Below are positions 15,101 to 31,332 of a DNA stretch of 64,000 bases, piece after piece. Under the pieces are notes generated by a model. It searched no databases and was not told the origin of the DNA. It saw nothing but the letters and a program-made list of their open reading frames with translations. Origin of the DNA: the human T2T-CHM13v2.0 reference genome, Homo sapiens; assembly GCF_009914755.1 (NCBI RefSeq), contig NC_060925.1. One strand, given 5' to 3'. How positions within the stretch are numbered: the stretch's first letter is position 1; the number at the start of each line of letters is the position of its first letter. A program made the position numbers and the translations under genes.

Positions 15101-15370
15101 CGTTGTTCTGCATTTGTCAAAGCCTACAGAACGTACAACACCAACAGAGAACACGAATGTAAACATGTAAACTATGGACTTAGGTGATAATGAAGGGTCA
15201 TTGATGTTAACAAATGTGCCACACTCTGGTAAGGCATGTTGATAGTGGGGGAGGCTGTGCGTGTGTGTGTGTGGTGGGCGGGAGTAGATATAAGGGGAAC
15301 TCTATACTTTCCACTCAATTTTTCTAAGATCCTAAAACTGCTCTAAATAAGGAAGTTTACTGATTTAAAA
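12192..15370 (+). mobile_element. Ancient L1MD/MC-like element: 5' end and ORF1 relic joined to a 3' end, interrupted by an LTR
   Basis: 5' end gacttccacttcc...aaaaatcaacaactcttcttagat. ORF1-like A-rich tract at 13550-14400. 3' end starts at ~14770 (cacaattcccaaaacttagaagcaaccaagatgtcc). Confidence 0.65.
13041..13449 (+). mobile_element. ERV solo LTR (LTR47-like, family uncertain)
   Basis: TG...CA termini, TSD acat (13037-13040 / 13450-13453). Confidence 0.7.
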
Positions 15371-17382
15371 AGTATATATGAAAAGGGTATTCACTTAGAA
15401 ATTGAGCTTTCATTCCTATCCCTGTCCATCCCACTTTCTCTCCACCCTACTCTCTTTAGGCAACCATTTTTACAACTGCCGGTGTATCCCAGTTGTAAAA
15501 CTTTCCTTAGGAAATGCAAGCAAATTTAGAAATATATGCTTATACCCCTGCATTTCTTAAATAAAATTTAGCACACACAAAAGCTTATGAAAAATACTGC
15601 CCAAAGAAAGGAAGGGAAAATCAGAAATGAAAACTAAGTAAGAGTAAGAAATATTCTCAATAGACCTAGACAGAAAAATGTATTTAGAATTATAGAACCA
15701 AAGGATGAAACTATCTTATTTATAATAATTTTAATGCCTCAAATTTATAATGCAAAAAGATGTTTCCCTAATTGCAATGGCATATTGTCTATACTGTCAA
15801 AACACTTTCATATACACATTTCATCTCACCTTCCCAATAGTCTGGCAAAACAAGCAGAGTAAACATTATTTATTATCCTCCTTTAACACATGGGGAATCT
15901 GATAGGTGATGGAATTAAATCTTCTGATTCCTAGTCCAGTGCTTTTTGGCTACTCAATGTTATTAGAAAATATTTTACTTTAATTATTCGTACCATTTGC
16001 TATTTTCCATTGCTCTTGTTAAACCTTTGTGCAAATTTTTTCATATGCGAGTTTTTGTGCTGATAGAAGACAAACAACATACTTTTACAAGTCTAGAAAT
16101 ATATTTCCTTAAAAAGAACACAAGAAAAAGGAGAGTATCTCCTTCCTTAAACACAACAGTCTCACTAGTCCCTTCTTGTATTCTCCACATCCCTATATTT
16201 TAAGTTCATGAATTATAACACATTTGGAAATTTGATAAATTTCATAAAACTCTAAGACATGAAGTTTACCTTCAAATTTCATTGCCTGAAATTCATTGTA
16301 GTTTATTAGCTACCAAGATACTAAGTCTGTGACATTCAAGAGTTCCATGATAAGAACCAAAATCTCTTTACAAATTAATCTCCTACTAAACTCAACATGA
16401 ACTCTTTTCTCTAGCCAAACTAGTCTATTAAGTATTTTCCAAAACTACTATTTACCTTCTTATGTGCTTTTCTCCTACCATTCACCTATCTTGAATGTCT
16501 TCCTATCTGCCTACAGAGTCTTCTCATCCTTCAAAGCCCCGCCATTAAAGTCTTCTATGGAAAACATGATGTTGTGCAAAGAACATAAATCTGGAGACAA
16601 GCCTGACTTAGATTTTAATCTAGGCTATGCTACTTACTAACTAATGTCTCTGAAGCTGGGTTTCCTCATCTATAAAATGGGGCAACGTCGATTTTAGATG
16701 ACATCTAAATCACAGAATTTGTGTTAGAATACAGTGAATAGTACAAAGAGTTAAATAAGGATTAGAACTGATCATTAGAAATAAACTTATTACTCATTTC
16801 TTGAGCTCACTGTAATTTGCTTGTATAACTCATTTAGCAATCCACAGTCTGGACTCACTCCATCATCTCTTATACTTTGGCCTTAAATGATTTAACTTGT
16901 GGTATTTTAAGTTTTATTTCTATCTTAGGTTTTGTGCCTCCAAACAACTGAAACCTTTTCAAAAGCCACAACTATATGCTATACCCACTTACTTACAATT
17001 CCACATAGTTTAGCACAATGTTACTTATAAAAGAGGACTCAAAAAATATTTCCTCAGTAAAGCATTTGCTGAAAATAGTCTATCCAGAAAATGAGAATAA
17101 CATTTTAAGGAGCACATTAACACAATGGAGCATCCACAGAAAGGTAAAAGTAGAGAAAAGGAGGGAGGGAGAAGAGGTGTAGGAATGGGCAGAGTGTGTG
17201 GTGGGGGGTTAAGACAAGGAAGGTAGGAAGTGTATACAAATTGTTATAACAGAGAAACTAGAGATGTTCAGATGTTCAACCTAAAGAAGACTTCAGAAAG
17301 CATGATAACTAGAAGAGAAATAAATTATATGTGACTCTAAAAGCAAAACTAGAACCAATGACTAAAATAAAAAGAAATTCAA

Positions 17383-17731
<349 letters not shown>

Positions 17732-18170
17732 TTAGAGCTGCCCAACAATGGAATAAATACGATTCATTTAAAAGTACCTTGTAAAATTAGATGTACTTAA
17801 GCAGAGCTCAAGGTTGAAATGGTTTTCAGTCCACATAACAGTATCTCTAACAAGCCTGGCAGAATGAAAGATACTACAAATACCTCATATTTACTTTCAC
17901 CAATCTAGGCATACAATTTTCAGAAGCAGTTATTCCTTCTCAAGAATTACATATAAACTGGGTGAAATCTCTCAATTCCACAAGCCTAAGACTCTATGTT
18001 TAGTAACATTCTTCAAATATTCAACGAAAATAGTATTTTCTGTAAGTATTTTTAAATGATAGTCCTCAGCTAGGATTTTGGATTACTGTTTAAGCCACAA
18101 AATAGCACTTTCGTTTCTCATTCTATAACTGACTCTTGAGACCACAATACCATCTTTAAGGCTGCACTGT

Positions 18171-18315
18171 GGCAAGAAGTGGTAGCTATGCCTGTAATCC
18201 CAACACTTTGGGAGGCTGAGGTGGCAGGATCACTTGAGTCCAGGAGTTCAAGACCAGCCTGAGCAACACAGTGAGACCCCCATCTCTACAAAAATTTAAA
18301 TTAAAAAAAAAAAAA
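18171..18315 (+). mobile_element. Free left Alu monomer (FLAM-like)
   Basis: Single arm plus A tail, flanked by ctgcactgt/ctgcattgt. Confidence 0.8.
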
Positions 18316-18639
18316 CTGCATTGTACAATTTTCAAAGCATTTCCATATCTTTATTTTCAATAAAAACTGTGACAATCAGATACCCACAGAGAAAAGCACA
18401 CGAATAGGCAAAAGCCAAACAGAGATCTGATAAAATACAAATTGTTTAATTAAAGTAGTCTTCCTTTAATAACGTCTTAGAACTTCAATACTAATTAAAT
18501 GAAACAGCAATTAAGACACCCACATCTTAAAAAGCAAACACTGAAACAGAAACATTCTACTCCTTGCCACATTCATGTTCTTCTCAGAGATCACTCTCAC
18601 CACCCAAAACTTAAAAGAAACAGTCACTGCTGTCTTAGA

Positions 18640-18828
18640 GCATAGTTCTCAGAGTGTGGTCACTACACCAGCAGCAGCATCACCACCTGGCAACTTGTTA
18701 GAGATGGCAATTCCCCAGCCCGACCCAACCCACTGAATCAGCACTTCTGCAGCTGACTCAACAATCTGGGTTTCAACCACCCTTCCTCCATAGGATTCAG
18801 ATGCATGCCAAAGTTTGAAAATCACTCT
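18640..18828. mobile_element. MER5A (hAT-Charlie MITE)
   Basis: gttctcagagtgtggtc...cagcagcatcacc...gccaaagtttgaaaatcact. Confidence 0.8.
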
Positions 18829-19399
18829 TAGAAAATGGTTTAGTTTATTTCTAACTTGGCAGTATCCCTTTACGTACTTCTCCTCAGCATCTTTCTCTTT
18901 CTCACATTTTGCACCATCCAAAGATACTCTCATTTGAATGATTAATTCACCAACAACGTTCTGCTGTTTCCTACTTTCCTCTTAAAATGTGAGGGTACCT
19001 TTTAAATCATCCAATATATCCTTAATTTATTTCTTATTTTTTGTGTGTCCTTCCAAATTCATGCTGGTATTTTTAAAATTTTTAAATATAAAGTATTAAT
19101 AGTTTACAATTACTCCATGAACATTAAAATTATCACTTTCATACAAAAAAAATCTCTTTTGGCACATACAATCCTTGAAAGTATTTTCTTGAGAAACATA
19201 AAATATATAATACAGGACTTATTTAGCAAATGAACCTATGACTTATGGTCTAGAATTCCAGCTAATTTAAATATGTAAGACTCAACTATAAGGAAACTGA
19301 CCAATGCATACTCCTTTTGAGATGGAATTCATATGTACATTTAAACAAGAGTGGTTTTTTAAGAAGTGATTTCTAGAAATGCTGACTGTAAGTGAGAAC

Positions 19400-19695
19400 T
19401 TTTTTTTTTTTTTTTTTTTTTTGTAGACAGAGTCTCGCTCTGTCACCCAGGCTGGAGTGCAGTGGCGGGATCTCGGCTCACTGCAAGCTCCGCCTCCCAC
19501 GTTCACGCCATTATCCTGCCTCAGCCTCTCCGAGTAGCTGGGACTACAGGTGCCCGCCACCACGCCCGGCTAATTTTTTTTGTATTTTTAGTAGAGACGG
19601 AGTTTCACCGTGGTCTCGATCTCCTGACCTCGTAATCTGCCCGCCTTGACCTCCCAAAGTGCTGGGATTACAAGCGTGAGCAACCGTGACCGGCC
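19400..19695 (-). mobile_element. AluY with 12-bp left-arm deletion (AluYd-lineage-like)
   Basis: ttcaccgtggtctcgatc versus consensus ttcaccgtgttagccaggatggtctcgatc. TSD gagaactttt. Confidence 0.85.
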
Positions 19696-19701
19696 GAGAA
19701 C

Positions 19702-19880
19702 TTTTTTTTTCATAGATTTAGGGGGTACAAGTGCAGCTTTGTTACATGGACATATTGTGTGGTTGTGAGTTATGCAATATAGTGTACCCATCACTTGAAT
19801 AGTGTACCCTGTACCCATAGGTAATTTCTCATCCCTCACCTCCTCCCACCTTTCCTAGTCTCCAATGTCTATTATTCTAG
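19702..19880 (-). mobile_element. Short old L1P (PA16/17-like) 3' end
   Basis: atagatttagggggtacaagtgcag...; flanked by agtgagaacttt/agtgacaacttt. Confidence 0.65.
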
Positions 19881-20120
19881 GAGTGACAACTTTTAGATAC
19901 TATACATGTACATGTATGTATAAGCAGGCACATCGGTTCTGTAATGCTGACAAATAATAATAACAACAAAGCAAAACAACCAAAATCATCTCAAAATAAT
20001 TTTTTTTTGTTGACGATAAATGTATCCAAGACCATAATTAATAAATCTGGCAAGAAATAGGCCTCTGTTGCTAGATATTACATGGTAACTCACAGCCAGG
20101 TACAATGAAGGACTGTTTTA

Positions 20121-20321
<201 letters not shown>

Positions 20322-21519
20322 TCAATATACTGTATCCCAAGGTCAACAGGACTGGGTCAAATATTTATGCAGTTAATTACATATGCTGCTAATTAACAAG
20401 AAACTGTGTAAGATGATGATCAGCAGTCATTACAAAACTTCTAAATTTCATACAGCAGTAAAACAAAATTTTTAAAGACTGAGGCAGAGAACAACACAGG
20501 GTTACCATTGTTGTATTTTGCAAAGAGCTAATATCATCATTATTATCATCTTCACCTACAACAATGGAACACAGCTTTCCAAGATTTTAGAAGAATGAAC
20601 ATTTGAATCCACCCCCTCCCCCAAAAAAACAATGAAAGAAAAAACTTGGAATACAGGATAGTCCCTACATTGAAAGAAATTCATATTATCATTATGTTTT
20701 CCTTATTTCACCTTGGATCAGTAAGAACTTTATTAGAACCAGCATCAGCCTATAGATCAGCATTTAGAAACCACTACTACGTAGAATATAGTAATTATCA
20801 CCATATGTGTCTCTTCCCATTTCTAATACTGTAAAAATATCAGAATGGGCTTTTCTCAGGTGTATATAATAAACAGAAGCCAACTAATTTTAGATATGGA
20901 TCCTTATGGGTATGTATGTGGTGTAAAGAAACGATGAGAAGAGTACATCAAACTGTTCACTGAGATTCTGTAGGTTGTTAGATTACAGCTGATGTTATAA
21001 CTTTATGTTCTACATTGCTTTATAAGCATGTATTACATATACATGTGTATTTGTGTGTACATTATATATTATTTTTAAGTGAGGGAGAAAACTAGACATA
21101 GTGGAAAAATGGGTTTTGTAGTCAGAGAAACCTGTATTCAAATACTGACTCCATGTTGTAAGTGGACGTTGAAAAATTAATCTCTGTGACATTTCATTTT
21201 CTCATCTACCTAACTACAATAATGATAATGTAGCACTTAGCATGAAGGCTAGTGAGTACAAGACACATAAATGCCTTGAAATTAAGGTTTTATTACAGAA
21301 TGAAGATATTGTTTTCAGGGATATTACTGAGTTGACATTAAGATTTAAAGAGTCTTGAAAAAATTCAAATTCCTTTTATTACTATATGTTAAAATTACAA
21401 ACATAGGAAATGTGTGTTAAACCAAAGAAACTAATTTCGCATATTTAAAGCCTTGAAAATTAGGGAAGCAGAATATATTTAAAATCCTGTGTCTTTGGCC
21501 TACTTGCTGTATTTACTAG

Positions 21520-21816
<297 letters not shown>

Positions 21817-22581
21817 TAACGTTGAACTGACCCTACCTGACAATTTACTTTTGATTAAAGTGTGAAGACTATTTTCTTATAGACAGAGTCTATAAGACTA
21901 AAAGTCTAAAGTAACAGTTAAATAATCCATTCTTTCTCCTCAATTCAAATGAAATGTCCCTTCGTCATATTTTAAGATCCCAAATATACTTATATCTGTT
22001 CCTAATCTATTCTGCTATGGTTACCTATTCCTATATTATTATAATATCATATTGTTCTGATTGGTTAATTTTATAGTAAAATTGAATATTTGGTACTCCT
22101 AATCACAAACTACTTTTAAAATATTACCCAATGTAGCTAAGGTATATTTATACAAGTTTTTAAAAAACATAGACTGAGAGGTAATATTCATAATAGGTCA
22201 AGGATATAATCCTAAAATAAAGAGCCCCTTCCGATTGTTAAGAGAGGGACAAACAATCCAACAAAACTAGGCTAAGAATATTAACAGATAATTCACATAA
22301 GCGGGAACACAATCAGCCAATTAATACATGCTGAACCTCAATAGTCACTAGGGAAATGAAAGCCAAAGCAACAATCATTGATTTGAGGAATCACTGGTTA
22401 AATTACTAAAAAGACCATGGCAGCTTTGGGGATTTTTTTTTTTAAAGAGCTCCAGTCCAAGGAAACAATGCTAAAACATCTGAAAACATGCAATAAATGA
22501 GTTATGTGTCCCAAAATGAGCATTTCGAGGAACAGATATAATTCTAGAAGTCTTCGTAGGAATATCAGGAAACTCTTTTAA

Positions 22582-22984
<403 letters not shown>

Positions 22985-24513
22985 CTAAACAATACTTTTC
23001 TTAAAAAAATTACTTTTCTAATAATTTCTGTCTTCACAAATTGGATTCCTATAAAGAATTTAGAGTTCATATGAGTTACTACAATTAATTTAAAATTCAA
23101 GTAACTTTCACCTTTTAAACAAGTTACATATGTCAGTGCAAGATATTTTCCTTTTTTTCCTCAACCATAAAGTAACTAATCAGGAAACAATTAATAAGAA
23201 AGTACAGAACGAACAAATTTCACTGGTTCATTATATTCTAGTGTTATGTAAGTGATAAAAATTTTATGTGTCAATGTTGATATAACTAAGCAGCTTTGTA
23301 TTTAATGAGCTTTTCTTAAAGAAAAAAAGATCTAATCACATAATAATATCTACCATTCATTAAATTATGTGCCTTTTTCTGAAACACACAAAAAGTCTAC
23401 TTGCTATAATTGCAAATTTTTTCATAAACTATTGTAGTAAGTAGGTTAGAAATGAAAGTTATTTGCCACAGCTTTCTAGAACCGTATAGCATTATAAATT
23501 ATGTTCTTTACTTGGCAATTTAAAAGCTATCAGGGTTAAAAGTTACTTTGAAAAACAATTATATATAATAAAATTTCCTTTTTTGGTATCTAAAATTAGC
23601 TTTGTCGACATTTTTTAATGATTTTTTCTAATATTGTATAAATGTTCAAAAGGCAACCTTTGATGATAACCAAGACCTCTGACTCTTGAGATGAATGAAT
23701 ATATGATGAAGGCTCCCCTAAAGAAACACTGGCAAGTTACAGGAGATTTGACTACTAGAGTGTTTCATTCCTCCTCCAGTTACGTCTTTAATTCTATTTT
23801 AGTAATTATTGAGGGGTATATACAGACTATTTTTCCCTGAAAAATGTCTTTGAAAAAGAAATGTTAATCCTAATGTCAAATACGAAGAATGCAAATAAAA
23901 CTAAACAAGAGGAGAGAGATAAATCACAGTTCAGGCTTTTTTTGCTATATAAAATTTGGTATTTGGGTACTTTATTTCTATTAATATACCTACAAAATTA
24001 TATAATTATTTCTATATTTATACCAAAATGTAGATTTTTAAGCAATGCACAAATCTGCAGTGTTAAATTTATCTATTACAGAATACACCGTCATAGTGGA
24101 TTTTATTCATTATTTGAAAACATTTTGAAAATTATCATGATACATTGCTATAATTTTTCTAGGCAAAGATGTGGGATGTGTTTTAATTTGCTCTTACAAA
24201 TGTTGTTAACAAACCCATGCAGATTATCTTTGCATGATACATTCATCCCTAAAATTTTGTATATTAAGTATAATAAATCCAGTTAAAACATCATTCTATT
24301 CAATTTAACAACTATGCATCTAGCACATACAAAAAACTCTATGCTATGGTTTTTACACAATTCTCACTATAACCCACAATAATATATATGGCTTATATGA
24401 TAATTCAGTATATTATAAAAGAAATGTGTCATGAGACCATATTCACTCTTACTACTTACTTGTCATGAACTCTGTCATTTTCTATTCTATTTAATCTTTA
24501 AAAATGTTCCTTA

Positions 24514-24830
24514 TGGCTGGGCATGGTGGCTCATGCCTGTAATCCACACACCTTAGGGGGTCAAGCTGAGAGGATCACTTGAAGCCAAGAGTTCAAGACG
24601 AGCCTGAGCAACAAACTGAGACCCCATCTTAACAACAACAACAAAAAAATTAAGTTAGTGGGGCACAGTGGCACACACCTGTAGTCCCAGTTACTCAAGA
24701 GGCTGAGGTGGGAGGGCTGCTTGAGCCCAGGAATCAGATACAGCAGTTTGCTCTAATTGGGCAACAGAGCAAGATCCAGCAAACAAAAAAAAAAAAAAAA
24801 AAAAAAAGAAAAGAAAGAAAGAAAGAAAGA
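24514..24830 (+). mobile_element. AluJ
   Basis: Diverged Alu with A/(GAAA)n tail. Confidence 0.85.
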
Positions 24831-25116
24831 AAATGTTGCTTGTAACTAACTTAATTGATTTTATTACCCACTAATGGGTCACAATCTGTAGTTTAAAAAA
24901 ACATTATTATACTCTATAAGCATGTAAGGGATATAAAAGACTAGTAATGACACTGTTTGAACACCTAGATCTGGCCTGAAATCAGATAAACCCCATGAGC
25001 ATTATAGAGTTGCATAAACCTTTATTTTTTTTCCTTGTTTCCAGTGGGGTTGGAAAAACCTTTAATTTTATTTTAGGTAAAGATGGTACAGTCCATGTAA
25101 CATATTTAAATGTGTG

Positions 25117-25401
25117 TTTTTTTTTTGAGACCGAGTCTTGCTCTGTCACCCAGGCTGGAGTGCAGTGGCATTATCACTGCAAGCTCTGCCTCCCAGGTTC
25201 AGGCCATTCTCCTGCCTCAGCCTCCCGAGTAGCTGGGACTACAGGTGCCCACCACCATGCCCGGCTAATTTTTTTGTATTTTTAGTAGAGACGGGGTTTC
25301 ACCGTGTTAGCTAGGATGGTCTCAATCTCCTAACCTCATGATCCTCCCGCCTTGGCCTCCCAAAGTGCTGGGATTACAGGCGTGAGCCACCGCATCCGGC
25401 C
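25117..25401 (-). mobile_element. AluY
   Basis: AluY diagnostics, TSD tatttaaatgt. Confidence 0.9.
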
Positions 25402-25910
25402 TATTTAAATGTTTCTTAAAGTTGTATCAAAAAAAATCAGAGATACATGTGTTAGTTATGTAATAAAAATAATTTAAAAATGTAAAGTTAGAATGAGATG
25501 AGAAAGATTAATTTCAGTGGAAAATTCTGGAAATGATTATTTTAAGATGAATTTGAGCACAATTTTAAAGTACTAGCTGGACTTCAACAGGAACAAGGGA
25601 AGAGGAATGGTACTGGTGTTAAAGGTATCATGAAAAACTCCTGAAGACCGTCTATAGAACTTAACCAATGGAAATTAAATGTTTGGATTTAGTTTTGACT
25701 TGCTTATTAAAAAGCATAAAGAATTCCAATGAAAAGGTATCAAATTTCCAGGGAGAAAAAAAAACACCACATATCAAGTGAACAACTTACCCTGTGTGAA
25801 ATGCACTTAATTTTCTATATGAAACCTACATTTAAACAATGCTTAAATAAAAATAATGCTAATTCTTCCAACAAAAAAACAGTATATAGAAATACAAAAA
25901 TGATTCTTAC

Positions 25911-26006
25911 TAAGTTATTGTCATCCTGGAAAGCATAGTGCAAGGTTGTAATCCATTTATTGTCTCCATTCACTAATACATCCCTTTCTTCACGAAAACA
26001 TGCTGT
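25911..26006 (-). CDS. CDC42BPA: CDC42BPA internal coding exon, probably exon 4 (alphaC helix to subdomain V)
   Basis: tttcag|ACA...TTA|gtaaga. 96 nt, phase 0/0, [32 protein letters not shown], continuing the previous exon in frame. Confidence 0.97.
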
Positions 26007-26452
26007 CTGAAACGCAAAAAGAAAATTTTTAGAGCATACTTTATGTAAAACTAGGAAATATACAAAGAATTACTATGTTTATTATATTATTTCTGTTCTG
26101 GAAAAGGAATACACCTGATATTATAAGACATTTCAATAACACAAGTTTCAAACCACCCTCAGAAACTGGGCTACTGGAATAGTACCTTTTAAAAATATAT
26201 TTTATATTAAATAATACTTTTATAGTTCAAAACAATGAGAAAAATGCACAGAATAATTTAAGAACCATGGACCAACCCACCATCCAGATAATATAAATGT
26301 CTACATTTTGCCATATTTACTTCTGATCTTTTTAAAGAAATAAGATGTAAATTGTATCCTTCCTACTCCAAACTGTGAACCGATTCTCTTCCCTTTCTCC
26401 CCTGCTGTAATAATCTGAAGTCAGTGGACAGTCCAATTATATGACTTGATCA

Positions 26453-26870
<418 letters not shown>

Positions 26871-27514
26871 TTATCCTTTTGCAATTTGATTTTTTTTTTT
26901 TCTCAAGAATGACTGTTCTTCTTTTAACTGCTATGGCATACCATTGTTTGAATGCACTATAATTTATTTATGCAACCCCCAACGGTGGAAACACAGGTTA
27001 TTTCCAGTTTTGTATTATTATTATACAATGTTGGAATAAACATATTTGTACAAATGTGCAAGAGTTTCTCCACTGTATACACTTAGAAGTAGAAATGCTA
27101 AATGCAAATTTCAACTCCACCATTTAGCCAATTGTCTTTCCTGAGTGCTATACCAATTACTATCTCCACCCAGAATATGAAAGCTCTGCTTTTCCCCACA
27201 TCCTCAACTATATGTGACATTATTAGACTTTTAAGTGGTTGCCAACATGACGGGTGTGAAATAATATCATTATTCCTTTAATTAACATATTCCTAATTAC
27301 AGGTGCAGATAAATAGCTTTATATACACTTACTGGACACCTGAACTTTGTCTTTTAATTGTTCACTTCCCTTGTCCATTTTCTCTAATGGATTGTTTTTT
27401 CAAATTGATTTTTTAAAGTTGTAGTTTATTCTGAGAATACACTTCCACTACTATAAAAGTATATCCCGAAGAACCTTAGAAATATATGAACAAAAATAAA
27501 AAATAATTGTTTAA

Positions 27515-27803
27515 CTTTTTTTTTTGAGACAGGATCTCACTCTATTGCCCAAGCTGGAGTACAGTGGTACAATCACAGCTCACTGCAGCCCAGGCTCCTG
27601 GGCTCAAGTGATCCTCCCACCTTAGCCTCTCGAGTAGCTGGGACTACAGGTGCACACCACTATGCCCAGCTAATTTTTTTTATCTCTTTCTAGAGACGAG
27701 GTCTCACTATCTTGCTCAGGTTGGTCTCATACTACTGGGCTCAAGCAATCTTCCAGCCCCCTCAAAGTGCTAGGACTACAGGCATGAGCTACCACACCCA
27801 GCC
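27515..27803 (-). mobile_element. AluJ
   Basis: Alu antisense with J diagnostics (ctgggctcaag). Confidence 0.87.
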
Positions 27804-28361
27804 TAAAAATCAATTTTATGTATCATAATTTTGTAATACATTAACTAAAAAGAAACAAAAATAACACTATGACAGAAACTTCAAAGATAACTCTAAGAAA
27901 GTAAAAGTCTCCCTGAGTCATGTTCCCATAGTTTCATTGCCCAATTGTTGTGTGCAGAGGTTACCATTATTAACTCTTTGGTCAAAATCCTCTCAGAAAA
28001 TCTGTGTCTATATAAGCATGCATGTGCACGTGCACACACACACACACACACAGATTATATATTCACATGGTATCCCACCTCCCCTATATTTTTTGGTCTT
28101 TATACAAATGAGATTATAGTGCTCTGTAAGTTTTTTTTTTTTTCAAGTAACAATGAATTTGAACATCCTTCCGTATCAGTACACAGAAATCTACCTAATT
28201 TTTTCTTAATGGCTACACCATATTCCAGATACACTAAAAACATTATCACACAGTATGCTATATATAATAAGTGATTATTATTTCCCACAAGGAAAATTCA
28301 ACAGCCATGATCCACAAAACAATTAAATTACTAAAATCTATACAACACTATGCTTTGGTTC

Positions 28362-28636
28362 TTTTTTCTCGCTCTGTCGCCCAGGCTGGAGTGCAGTGGC
28401 GTGATCTCAGCTCACTGCAACCTCTGCCTCCGGGTGTGAGCAATTCTCCTGCCTTAGCCTCCTGAGTAGCTGGGACTACAGGTGAGTGCCACCAGGCCCA
28501 GCTAATTTTTTGTATTTTTAGTAGAGATGGGGTTTCACTGTGTTAGCCAGGATGGTCTCGATCTCCTGACCTCGTGATCCGCCCACCTCGGCCTTCCAAA
28601 GAGCTGGGATTACAGGCGTGAGCCACCACACCCGGC
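28362..28636 (-). mobile_element. AluSc/Y-like with shortened 3' end
   Basis: TSD gctttggttctttt / gctctggttctttt. Confidence 0.87.
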
Positions 28637-28995
28637 CGCTCTGGTTCTTTTTAAGGGGAAAACAGAAAGCACTTTACATACTTACTACCAAGTCCTGTTT
28701 TATGATTTAACCAACCTTAGGTTATGGTTTACTGCTAACATATTAGAGAGTTTGTAAAGACTGTCAGAGCCTAGAAGACTACTTTCTCCTGGCTTCATCT
28801 CACTATAATAGCAATCTGAAATTTTACAAACATTCTAGTTAGAATTTAATAAACATTCGTTATTTAATTTGACTAATAACTCAAAACTAAAAAAAGCTCC
28901 AAAGACTTTAGTCAACAGAACATATTAAACTTTGAGTTCTAATCTATGCTAAACTGTTTAACTAAAAAAATTATTTTTTAAAAATAAAAATAATA

Positions 28996-29290
28996 GGCCA
29001 GGAGTAGTGGCTCATATCTGCAGTCCCACGCTTTGGGAAGTGAGGTGAGAGGATCGCTTGAGGCCTGAAGTTTGAAACCAGCCTGCCTGACATAGCAAGA
29101 CCCTGTCTCTACAGGCAAAAAAAAAAAAAAAAAAATCAGCCAGGCTGGTGGCATGCACCTCTGTAGTCCTAGCTACTTGGAAGGCTGAGGCAGAAAGATC
29201 ACATGAGCCTAGGAGTTTGAGGCTGAAGTGAGCTATGATCACACCATCGCACTCTAACCTGGGCCACAGAGCAAGACTGTCTCTTCAAAA
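28996..29290 (+). mobile_element. AluJ
   Basis: Diverged full Alu. Confidence 0.85.
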
Positions 29291-29599
29291 ACATTAATTA
29301 AAATAAGAAAATATACAATATAAACTCTTTATGATACAAAATTTCAAATGTATACAAGGGTAGAGAAACTAGTATAAAAACCCCCTCCTACTAATGAACT
29401 CAACTTCAACAATTATTTTCTTGGTCAATCTTATTTCATTTAGACCCTCACCTACTTACTACCATCCCCTAGCACCACACACACAGGAGCATATACATAT
29501 TTTTAAGCAAACCCCAGACATCATATGATTTTATCCATAAATATCTAGCTATTAAATGATTCCTATCAATGCCTTGAATCCTGAGTCTAGATATAAAGC

Positions 29600-29794
29600 A
29601 CAGGCTACGTTTTTGCTTCAACATATCACACTGCTCTCAGTTGCTTGTCACAATTGGGAAAGGATGGGTTCTACTGGCATTTAGTGGGTAGAGGCCAGGG
29701 ATACTGCTAAATATTCTACAATGCACACGACAACCCCTCCAACAAAGCATTATCTGGCCCCAGTTGTCAATGAAGTCCCTGTTGAGAAGCCCTG
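29600..29794. mobile_element. MER20 (hAT-Charlie)
   Basis: ctactggcatttagtgggtagaggccagggatactgctaaa...gttgagaagccctg. Confidence 0.8.
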
Positions 29795-31332
29795 TTCTAG
29801 ATCAATATTAACCAAATCATGATGCACATATACCCTGGGTATATATATATTCATAAAGGTGCTCTGTGGATTCAACATGCTTAAAGGCTTTAGTAACATC
29901 TACTTCATTACCTTTTTTAAAAAAAACTAAACAATATCTCCCCCCTTTAAAAACAGAATATTTGATATCTAAGAATGTATTAATAACAAACATGTAGGAA
30001 GGGCTACTGTAGATCATATCACTTCCTCGGATTCACTCACTTTCTCAACCAAATGTTCATCCAAACATTCGGCTTGCCACAGTGATGTTTTCAACTGTTA
30101 TACAGTTTTCCTTTTTAAAAAATATTCAGTCTATATTATTTAAATTTTATCCTTAATGGACTATTGGGATAAACAGGAACAGGAATGCCTATGTTGAAAC
30201 ACAAGTTAGTAAGGACTACATACATAAATGGTAATTCTGGAAAGTTGACACAGGATTCTCTTCATCGTATTGATAAGATGCACTCATCAGACTAACAAGC
30301 TTATACTGCTCATCAAAACTGCACAGATACTTGGAAAGCATGAGTTAAAAAGAAACAAAATCCACTGATGATTATATCTACTTTGGCTTATCATTTAGTA
30401 GGAATAAAGACTTCACTCTTCCATAGAATACTATCACAGAGAAACTCTTTCAAATAATAACTGAATCTTTCTCTAATATTTGAGGGAAAGAACAACATTT
30501 TTCATTTTTAAAATCTAAATCAGTGAAAGTTTAAATTGCAAAATGTAAGAATTCCAAGTATTACCATGGCATCAATTCACTTTTAAGTCTTCGTTTTAAT
30601 ATATATTTCATGGCCAAATCAAACATGAGATGTATCATTTTTAACTTATTTTTCAGTAAAAAGTTTTAAATGTAATTTTAAATATAGAAATAATTTGGTA
30701 ACATCCACAACTGCCAAGTGTGTGAGAAAACAGACATGTTTACATACTATGAGTGCAAAGATAATAGTCCAACTTTTATAGAAGATAATTTTATTGGAAC
30801 AATAGCTATCAAAGTTTTAATGTCTCCCCTCCCCAACTAAAATCCCAGAGTTTGACTAGCAAGGAGTTTAATTTAGGGAGTGGATAAGTTCTAGGTCAAG
30901 CATAAAATGATAATCCCTTCATGTAAAAATTATCCTTGAAATCATTTCAACTTCAGTATACACAAGCTGAAGTGCCTCAGGGTAGCCCACACCAATATCT
31001 CTAACAGCATTTCATAGTAAAATTTTTTTAAATTTTACATGGCATATACTTTTTGGGTAGCATGACTAGTTTTGAAGCACTAGTTTCTCTCCTGTTTTGA
31101 AATTTCTCTTGGCCAAACACATGCAGATAGATAAATGGTAAAATAATGAAATGTATTGACAGTTTGACACTTCATCTTTGTAAGAATTCACACTACCGAT
31201 AAACTCACAAAAGTTTATCCAGTATATATAAAGATTTTTACAACATGGTTCAAAATAGTAAAAATAAGGAAACAATCTAAATTCCCATAAACTTAAAAAA
31301 AAAATCAACCTAATAAAAAATATAGCCATTCA

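Noticed and set aside
23861-24286. 141-aa ORF, and the 184-aa ORF at 38056-38610
   Set aside because: Low-complexity I/K/F/Y-rich translations of AT-rich or L1 sequence.
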